Below are positions 25,952-32,000 of a DNA stretch of 32,000 bases, in pieces. The stretch is from Nostoc punctiforme PCC 73102. GTDB lineage: Bacteria; Cyanobacteriota; Cyanobacteriia; Cyanobacteriales; Nostocaceae. The notes beneath the pieces are model-generated. The model saw only the letters and a program-made list of their open reading frames with translations. It was not told where the DNA came from and did not search any database. The DNA lies in NCBI RefSeq assembly GCF_000020025.1, contig NC_010628.1, positions 6,330,001-6,362,000 of the forward strand, given 5' to 3'. Within the stretch, counting starts at the first letter, position 1. The number at the start of each line of letters is the position of its first letter. A program made the position numbers and the translations under genes.

Positions 25952-27625
25952 TTATAAAATCTCCAGTGAAAGTATAGTTTGATCGTCTTCTTGAATGTGG
26001 TTATCTGCCTGGATGCGAGCTAGTAAATGGTTGAGAGAAAGTGGTTGTTCCTCTTGTTGTAACAGTTGCCAAAGACCATCTTGGTTCAGCATCGAACGGT
26101 TTACTGCCTCAGCACTAGACCCGTTTTTTACTGTTAAATCAGAATCATTTGAGATCGTTGCTTCTGTAATACCATCACTGGCGAGTAACAATGTGTCTCC
26201 AGTAGCGAGAACCAAACGACCAGACTGTGCCTGCCACTTGGGTAAGATTCCCAAAGGAACGCTGCGAACTTTCAGGTAATTAGGATTGTCGCCCAAAGCA
26301 TCTTGGCGTGACCATAATAGTGGATAAATATGACCGGCATTCGTGTAGACTAGTTCCTTAGTACTAGGGGTATAACAAGCTAACACAAGAGTGATGAAAT
26401 AATTGTTGCTAATTAAATCTTCACTCAGAGCATGATTGAGGTTTTGCATAACCACATTTGGCTCGGCTGGAGTTTCTTGAGATAATTCTCGGCGCAAAAC
26501 TGAAATAATACTAGCCATAAATAAAGCAGCTGGGACACCCTTACCAGAGACATCACCTACTGCCAACCACAAGTCGCCTTTGGGATGAACAAACACTTCA
26601 AAGAAATCGCCTCCTACTTCCCGCGCTGGGTAGCAACAGGCTTGCACTTTTACACCCTTGATATCAGGTAAACTTTGGCGTAGCAAGTTGTATTGAATTT
26701 GCCGAGCCACCTCCAACTCATTATGAATCTGCTGTTGCTTTTCTTGGAGACGCTGGTAGAGTTTTGCTTGAGAGAGAGCTAAGGCTGCTTGTTCGGCAAC
26801 ACCTGCAATTAGTTGGATGTCTTCGTCTTGCCAGGGGCGATCGCGTCCCCATTGGTGGAGGGCCAGCACAGCCAACAAATGCTGCTGGTAGCTAAGTGGC
26901 ACAACCAAATGGTGACAGGGGTTGCCCTCGTATATTTCTTGAGTAAGTTGATAATGACGGGTTTCCAGCACTTTTTCAATTAAAATACTGGGGTCGAAGA
27001 AGCAATCTAATACATTGGATTTAGAATCGTAGTATGAAAACTCATCTTGGATCAGGCGATCGCCCTCTACTGGTCTGAGCAAGCAACTGCTAGCGTCAAA
27101 TGTTTGTCCAATGGTTGCGACAATTTTTTGCAGCATACTATCGTAGTCTAAAGACTCACGAATTGCGGTTGTTACGGCATTAAACAAAGATTCTCGCCGT
27201 AGGGCCCGACGCAACTCTTGGGTGCGCTTCTTGACTACACGATATGTATCAGTCGCTTGCTCAACTAATGCCCTGAGTTTATCCGGATTCCACGGTTTGG
27301 TAATATACTTGAATACCTGACCAGAGTTAATGGCATCCACTAAATCTTCGACATCAGTAAAACCAGTTAACAAAATCCGGATCGTGTCAGGAAAGCGCTC
27401 TACTGTCCGACTAAAAAATTCGGTTCCATTCATTTCTGGCATTCTTTGGTCAGAAATAATCACCGCCATTTCGCCAAATTGATCCAAGATTTCCAGAGCG
27501 CCAAAGGCATGATTGGCTTTATATACTTGAAAATCTCGTCTAAAAGTGCGGTAGAGTAAATCTAGGTTGTCTGGCTCATCATCTACCACCATGAGCTTAA
27601 GTTTTTCGACCCCTGTCTCAGGCAT
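25952..27625 (-). CDS. Response-regulator receiver / GAF / PP2C (SpoIIE, RsbU-like) phosphatase
   Basis: REC motifs MVVDDEPDN, IISDQRMPEMNG and KYITKPW. A central GAF-like region is present. C-terminal PP2C motifs are EVGGDFFEVF, AVGDVSGKGVPAALFMA and LLASDGITEA. Confidence 0.85.
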   Translation of the reverse strand: MPETGVEKLKLMVVDDEPDNLDLLYRTFRRDFQVYKANHAFGALEILDQFGEMAVIISDQRMPEMNGTEFFSRTVERFPDTIRILLTGFTDVEDLVDAINSGQVFKYITKPWNPDKLRALVEQATDTYRVVKKRTQELRRALRRESLFNAVTTAIRESLDYDSMLQKIVATIGQTFDASSCLLRPVEGDRLIQDEFSYYDSKSNVLDCFFDPSILIEKVLETRHYQLTQEIYEGNPCHHLVVPLSYQQHLLAVLALHQWGRDRPWQDEDIQLIAGVAEQAALALSQAKLYQRLQEKQQQIHNELEVARQIQYNLLRQSLPDIKGVKVQACCYPAREVGGDFFEVFVHPKGDLWLAVGDVSGKGVPAALFMASIISVLRRELSQETPAEPNVVMQNLNHALSEDLISNNYFITLVLACYTPSTKELVYTNAGHIYPLLWSRQDALGDNPNYLKVRSVPLGILPKWQAQSGRLVLATGDTLLLASDGITEATISNDSDLTVKNGSSAEAVNRSMLNQDGLWQLLQQEEQPLSLNHLLARIQADNHIQEDDQTILSLEIL

Positions 27626-27789
27626 ATTTGACTTTACTTTTGAGATGTTTGAATGGCGATATAGTGTGATGTTTATCCCACATAAAAAATCACAGAAAAT
27701 CAGAGAAGCTATTCACTTTGAAAATATCACTTTCTCAAAGTTATGAGTTTCTCTCGATCGTTCTCAATTGCTCCACATTAAAAATACCT

Positions 27790-28509
27790 TTACCCAACTA
27801 AACCAGAACGCAGGGCGCGGACTGCTGCTTGGGTACGGTCATCGGCACATAGCTTATTCAAAATATTGCGAACGTGAGTTTTAACAGTCCCAACAGTGAT
27901 GTAAAGTCTTTCCGCAATTAGTGCATTACTACAACCTTCGACAATCAACTGTAGCACTTCTAATTCCCGTTCTGTCAGGGTGTAAGGTTGAATTCCTTCC
28001 AGATTCTCGACATAATCAGGGTTAGAGGCAATAGTTTTGGCATCTACAAAAGCCGATTCCAACTTTTGAGGATTTTGTTGTGCTTGTTGTAATACAATTC
28101 GAGCGATCGCTGGATCGATCCAGGCGTTGCCATTGTAAGTTACTCTCACTGCTTCCAGCAAATTATCAAATTTGATATCTTTCATACAGTAAGAGTCTGC
28201 ACCAGCAGCAAAAGCTGCCAACACAGCTTCTTTGTTATCCCGCAGCGTCAAAATTAACACTTTTGTGGCTAGCTGCTGCCCATTTGCAGTAGATTTTACC
28301 TCCCGTGTTAGTTCAATACCATCTTTATCTGGTAAACCAATATCTACGATCGCAATATCAGGTTGTACCATTTTTAACATTTTTAACCCCTCGGCAGCAT
28401 TGGCAGCTTCACCTACAACTTCAATTTCATCCTTTTGGATGAGCGCTGTCCGAATACCCACGCGAGTGAGGTCATGATCTTCAATTAAAGCAATACGAAT
28501 TTTACTCAT
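27790..28509 (-). CDS. NarL/LuxR-family response regulator
   Basis: REC motifs IALIEDHD, IAIVDIGLPDKDG and CMKD. The C-terminal LuxR HTH is LTERELEVLQLIVEGCSNALIAERLYITVGTVKTHVRNILNKL. The ATG at 28509 is preferred to the TTG at 28515. Confidence 0.85.
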   Translation of the reverse strand: MSKIRIALIEDHDLTRVGIRTALIQKDEIEVVGEAANAAEGLKMLKMVQPDIAIVDIGLPDKDGIELTREVKSTANGQQLATKVLILTLRDNKEAVLAAFAAGADSYCMKDIKFDNLLEAVRVTYNGNAWIDPAIARIVLQQAQQNPQKLESAFVDAKTIASNPDYVENLEGIQPYTLTERELEVLQLIVEGCSNALIAERLYITVGTVKTHVRNILNKLCADDRTQAAVRALRSGLVG

Positions 28510-28883
28510 AGCCAACTTCAGCCCGTTACACTACCTTAACCATAAAGTCGAGTTTCGTGACATACTCCCACACTAACTGTAAGCAGTATAGTGGGAGCTT
28601 CTGTTCCCGGAACCAGAGTTGCGAGTTGAGCTTCTTTATACTGAGTTAATATTACACTTTCACAAGAAAGTTTGCACTGATTCAGCCCAAGTACAAGCGC
28701 TCAGAGAAATCCCCACTTTCAAAACCGCCGGCTTGTAGAGTCAATTTTTAAAATGGGGAGTATGTCAAGCTTTCTATTGTTCCAAGGCACTGGGAATCTT
28801 TCCTGGCTAAGTTCTAATATAAAAAAATTTGATAAACTTAACATTCAAGGAAATCTGGCGTGAGGGTTACTCAAGAATAGGCT

Positions 28884-29639
28884 ATGTCTAAAGGCAATCA
28901 AGCATTTTCAGTATTGGGAATACCAGTTCATGTGATGGCTAACTATCCAGGCTGGTTGTTAGAAAGCCTAGAACAAGGCAGAGGAATTCATGTAGTAACG
29001 CTCAATGCAGAAATGACTATGCAGGCAGAGCAGAATGAATTCCTCGCTCAGATAATTAAAAATGCTGAACTAGTTATTCCAGATGGGGCGGGGGTTGTTC
29101 TGTATTTACGGTTATTATTATGGCAAAAAGTGCAGCGTTTTCCGGGAATTGAATTAGCAGAAAAACTTTTGCAAGAACTTGGACAACAGAAGACAGGGGC
29201 AAAGGTGTTTTTTTATGGAGCAGCGCCTGGGGTGGCCTCAACTGCGGCAGATTTTTGGCAGCAGCAAATTCCAGAATTGAATATAGTAGGCACTCACTCA
29301 GGCTACCATTCCCCAGAAGAAGAAGCGCAATTGCAACAAACTCTTGCTCAATTGCAGCCACAAGTGATTTTTGTCGGTTTGGGAGTGCCACGTCAAGAGT
29401 TATGGATTGCCGAAAACCGCCATTTGTGTCCTCAAGCAATTTGGATTGGCGTTGGTGGTAGTTTTGATATTTGGTCGGGAACTAAAACCCGCGCTCCCGC
29501 CTGGTTAGGAAATAATAATTTGGAATGGTTGTATCGGCTGTATCAAGAACCTTGGCGTTGGCGGCGAATGTTGGCTTTGCCTGCTTTTGCTGTAAAGGCT
29601 TTTGTTTATCGTTTGACAGCGAAAGATGCAATTAGTTAA
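28884..29639 (+). CDS. WecG/TagA/CpsF family glycosyltransferase (GT26)
   Basis: LGIPVHV, VVTLNAEM, LVIPDGAGVV, FVGLGVPRQELWI, IGVGGSFDIWSGTKTRAP and LEWLYRLYQEPWRWRRM match the family pattern. Confidence 0.85.
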   Translation: MSKGNQAFSVLGIPVHVMANYPGWLLESLEQGRGIHVVTLNAEMTMQAEQNEFLAQIIKNAELVIPDGAGVVLYLRLLLWQKVQRFPGIELAEKLLQELGQQKTGAKVFFYGAAPGVASTAADFWQQQIPELNIVGTHSGYHSPEEEAQLQQTLAQLQPQVIFVGLGVPRQELWIAENRHLCPQAIWIGVGGSFDIWSGTKTRAPAWLGNNNLEWLYRLYQEPWRWRRMLALPAFAVKAFVYRLTAKDAIS

Positions 29640-29738
29640 GAGTGGAGAGACACGATTAATCGCGTCTGTACTGGGTGTTATTACTTAGTTAATACTGAAG
29701 TCTTCAAAAAATTTTAAATTTTCTTTGTTGAATTTTAA

Positions 29739-29770
29739 ATTCCCAGGCAAAACCTGGGAATCCTTATTTT
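29739..29770 (+). terminator. Rho-independent terminator after the GT26 gene
   Basis: 9-bp stem ATTCCCAGG / CCTGGGAAT with loop CAAAA, followed by CCTTATTTT. Confidence 0.55.
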
Positions 29771-29833
29771 GATAGGCAATGTCACATCTAAGTCGGCAAA
29801 TTGTTTAGTTGTGGTTATGAGGAAAATTTAACA

Positions 29834-30580
29834 ATGCCAGTATTAACAACTCAAGTTAAAACAGATAAATCCCTTCAGAGAGAGGACTCTGCAACTCAAC
29901 AGCATGGTAGTAATACTACTGCAAAGGTGACATTGCAATCTGTAAGCAAGACTTATGCTAATGGCACTCACGCCTTGTTGAATGCGAACCTTGAGGTAAA
30001 AAAGGGAGAATTTCTGTTTATCACCGGGCCAAGCGGTTCTGGTAAATCAACGCTCTTAAAACTGTTGTATGGCCAGGAGTTGCCTACAGAGGGAGAAGTA
30101 ATTGTTGATGAGTGTAATATAGCGGGTTTACGGGGCGATCGCTTGTCATTATTTCGGCGACAGATTGGCATTGTGTTTCAAGACTACAAACTGATTAGCC
30201 AACGAACAGTAGCGGAAAATGTGACTTTTGTACTGCAAGCTCAAGGGTATACCCGTAAAGAAATTCAACGACGTTTAGAACCAACTTTAAAGCTGGTGGG
30301 TTTGCTGAGTAAAGCTGATTGCTTCCCAGATCAACTATCTGGGGGAGAGCAACAACGGGTGAGTATTGCCCGTGCGATTGTTGGTACACCACCACTCCTG
30401 TTAGCAGACGAGCCTACTGGGAATCTCGATCCTGATAATTCCTGGCAAGTAATCCAGATTCTCCAGAAGTTAAATTCTTTTGGAGCTACGGTAATTGTTA
30501 CCACCCATGATGAACAATTGGTACGACGGTGCAATCATCCGGTAGTGCAAGTTATTAATGGACAGTTGTCTCGAAAATAG
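29834..30580 (+). CDS. ftsE: Cell division ATP-binding protein FtsE
   Basis: The core from [49 protein letters not shown] to [26 protein letters not shown] and THD is typical of FtsE. The ATG at 29834 has GAGGA 10 nt upstream. The track start at 29801 is a TTG. Confidence 0.8.
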   Translation: MPVLTTQVKTDKSLQREDSATQQHGSNTTAKVTLQSVSKTYANGTHALLNANLEVKKGEFLFITGPSGSGKSTLLKLLYGQELPTEGEVIVDECNIAGLRGDRLSLFRRQIGIVFQDYKLISQRTVAENVTFVLQAQGYTRKEIQRRLEPTLKLVGLLSKADCFPDQLSGGEQQRVSIARAIVGTPPLLLADEPTGNLDPDNSWQVIQILQKLNSFGATVIVTTHDEQLVRRCNHPVVQVINGQLSRK

Positions 30581-30593
30581 TTATTTCTCATTA

Positions 30594-30623
30594 GTCATTT
30601 GCAAAGGACAAAGGACAAATGAC
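30594..30623. repeat. Heptamer-derived hairpin between convergent ftsE and the membrane-protein gene
   Basis: GTCATTTG (30594-30601) pairs with CAAATGAC (30616-30623), separated by the loop CAAAGGACAAAGGA. It belongs to the same GTCATTn/nAATGAC family seen at 19661-19817. Confidence 0.45.
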
Positions 30624-30629
30624 AAATAA

Positions 30630-31427
30630 CTAATAAACGTGATGCTTGACTTTTGCTGATATGGGTACAAAAGGTGCTGCTGTTTTAGGGGGTAGCACTT
30701 GTAGGCGATGGTCTCCGACCGACTGGAGGCGATCGCAAGCTTGTAAACTTTTAAAAGCTGCCTCTCGAATCGCAACTTCTTCCTCTCGACTGAGTAAGAG
30801 TTGCAAGCATTCGGCAACATCTTGCTGCACTGAAGAATCAACTCGCTGACGGCTGATGAATTTAGTTAGTTGACGTAGGGCAATCAACCGTTTCAATGGA
30901 TCTTTGTCTGTTAAATTGACCAACAACCGATCGAGGTAATCTTCTTCTCGATTTTCATAGAAGTTAACAATTTGCCAGACTAATAAAATCAAAGTTAACA
31001 GGGTTCCCACGCCTTGGATAATAGCACCAGCTGCAATCCAGGAACTGTGAGAGTCAACCCAAATTGCAGCGGCCATATAAGTGCTGACAGTAGCAAGACC
31101 GCCACTAATGACTGCTAAGACTAATCGACGATTTGAACTGTTTAAGAATTTACGTATCTTAGACCAGTGCAATTGCCAGTCCCACTTCTGCATTGAGTAA
31201 ACTAATACCATTACCCCAATGCCCATTAAGAGAGCCAATAGCAGCATCCAGTTCCACAACAACATAGCAACGACGATTGTCAGGAACCCAAGAAAGCCTC
31301 CAGGCCCAGAGAAACGCTTAAATGTTTGCTGCTTTGTAGCTCCTTTTGTCTTGAACAATGGATGCGACCAGTTCCAGTTGGGGATCTGGTTGATCAATTG
31401 CTGCCAAGAAGACGAAGCCTGTGCCAC
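30630..31427 (-). CDS. Integral membrane protein (about 4 TM) with a C-terminal HEAT-like helical region
   Basis: GTG start. Hydrophobic segments are FLGFLTIVVAMLLWNWMLLLALLMGIGVMVLVY, LVLAVISGGLATVSTYMAAAIWV and IAAGAIIQGVGTLLTLILLVWQIV. The C-terminal DKDPLKRLIALRQLTKF...EEEVAIREAAFKSLQ resembles HEAT-like repeats. Confidence 0.65.
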   Translation of the reverse strand: MAQASSSWQQLINQIPNWNWSHPLFKTKGATKQQTFKRFSGPGGFLGFLTIVVAMLLWNWMLLLALLMGIGVMVLVYSMQKWDWQLHWSKIRKFLNSSNRRLVLAVISGGLATVSTYMAAAIWVDSHSSWIAAGAIIQGVGTLLTLILLVWQIVNFYENREEDYLDRLLVNLTDKDPLKRLIALRQLTKFISRQRVDSSVQQDVAECLQLLLSREEEVAIREAAFKSLQACDRLQSVGDHRLQVLPPKTAAPFVPISAKVKHHVY

Positions 31428-31606
31428 AGTGTTTACCTACTTGATTACGAAATTACCTATTGTATAAGTTTTACTAGGGAATGAAGAAAAGGTGAAGACC
31501 CAAACCACAAGATGCCTGCTTTGCATCAACAGATAGTAGACTAGTACAGCACGGCGGAAATAAAGATACCATTTTAGATGGCTCAGAGCAAGGGCATAAA
31601 GGCTTT

Positions 31607-32000
31607 TTAAAGGCAAAAATGAAAGTTGTCAATGGTGAATTGACCATCAAAAGCACAGAAGGTAACGCTATAGATGTTATTCACATTTATAGATAATAAG
31701 GTATTGGGGGAAATTGCTGAGTCTGAATTAGCAAGATTAGAGCCTGGTAGTGCAGTTTGACCGAGTAGTTGGCGATCGCGATCGTAAGCAGAAAGTACTA
31801 GCCGTTGAGAACTAGTGACAAAGGCACTAACTGAGTTAACCGGACGCAAGAAAGTAGCTTCTACAAATCCACTTTTGGGCGCTCCCATTAAAACTGTTAG
31901 CCCTGAATAGGTTGGAAATGCTGGATTTGATGGTTGTATTGCTAGAGAATTGTGAAAAATTACTCCCCAGCGTTCATACTGGCGCTCTACTGGTTCAAAA
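31607..32000 (-). CDS. Hypothetical protein, C-terminal part (5' end outside window)
   Basis: My translation shows the frame of the 93-aa ORF stays open upstream to position 32000 (FEPVERQYERWGVIFHNSLAIQPSNPAFPTYSGLTVLMGAPKSGFVEATF...). The real gene is therefore probably longer than the track ORF. I recognise no family. Confidence 0.5.
   Translation of the reverse strand, partial: FEPVERQYERWGVIFHNSLAIQPSNPAFPTYSGLTVLMGAPKSGFVEATFLRPVNSVSAFVTSSQRLVLSAYDRDRQLLGQTALPGSNLANSDSAISPNTLLSINVNNIYSVTFCAFDGQFTIDNFHFCL

Noticed and set aside
25683-26279. ORFs 25683-25880, 25753-25977 and 25995-26279
   Set aside because: They overlap the RsbW-like and PP2C genes in other frames or antisense.
28232-28477. 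Plus-strand 81-aa ORF
   Set aside because: It is antisense to the NarL-type regulator.
29074-30534. ORFs 29074-29439, 29255-29461, 29968-30171, 30195-30395 and 30331-30534
   Set aside because: They overlap the GT26 or ftsE coding regions in other frames or antisense.
30581-31467. ORFs 30581-30841, 30646-30849 and 31219-31467
   Set aside because: They overlap the 265-aa membrane-protein gene. That gene has a coherent TM plus HEAT-like architecture, and these ORFs do not.
31474-31656. Minus-strand 60-aa Cys/Leu-rich ORF
   Set aside because: It overlaps the 3' end of the open-ended ORF at 31607-32000, lacks a ribosome-binding site, and has an implausible composition.
1-32000. Search for tRNA, rRNA, tmRNA, RNase P RNA, known riboswitch cores, reverse transcriptase/DGR or retron signatures, and defence-system genes
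   Set aside because: Reading by eye, I found no T-loop GGTTCGAAT-type motifs in a tRNA-like context and no conserved ncRNA cores that I recognise. I also found no RT, Cas, restriction-enzyme or other defence-type proteins. A covariance-model scan would be needed to exclude small RNAs.

Overview
The window looks like chromosomal DNA from a filamentous, Nostocales-type cyanobacterium. This is an inference from frequent HIP1 palindromes (GCGATCGC, e.g. 30-37, 1698-1705, 14064-14071), heptamer (GTCATTn) and GTAGAGA...TCTCTAC-type short dispersed repeats, psbI, and orange-carotenoid-protein paralogs. I support about 27 protein-coding genes.

In order along the window:
- A 3'-truncated multi-GAF cyanobacteriochrome-like photosensor (minus strand, open at the window edge).
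- murJ, a small secreted beta-barrel protein, an LptD/OstA-like DUF3769-type outer-membrane protein, and psbI (38 aa, too short for the ORF track).
- A hexapeptide acyltransferase, then a 1.35 kb AT-rich stretch with no credible gene, then a GT35 alpha-glucan phosphorylase.
- An RTX-type calcium-binding repeat gene interrupted by an intact 1 kb IS5-family element, with one further reading-frame break.
- A DUF429 gene facing a GT4 glycosyltransferase and an uncharacterised 288-aa protein.
- An orphan MacB/LolD-type ABC ATPase.
- A helical carotenoid protein (OCP N-terminal-domain homolog), an acidic low-complexity protein, a QueG-HAD fusion, and an OCP C-terminal-domain homolog (CTDH).
- A REC-GAF-PP2C phosphatase tightly coupled to an RsbW-like kinase, and a NarL-type response regulator.
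- A WecG/TagA (GT26) transferase, ftsE, a 4-TM HEAT-like membrane protein, and a 5'-truncated ORF at the right edge.

I found no rRNA, tRNA, CRISPR array, reverse transcriptase or recognisable defence cassette.

I cannot show a wholly new system from sequence alone. The best leads are:
1. The split-OCP locus, where the HCP and CTDH genes flank an acidic disordered protein and a QueG-HAD fusion.
2. The DUF429 / GT4 / unknown GT-A-like cluster.
3. The REC-GAF-PP2C plus RsbW-like pair, which has no antagonist or sigma factor in the window.
4. The gene-free 9.1-10.4 kb region.

All family assignments come from motif recognition by eye. No database search was run.
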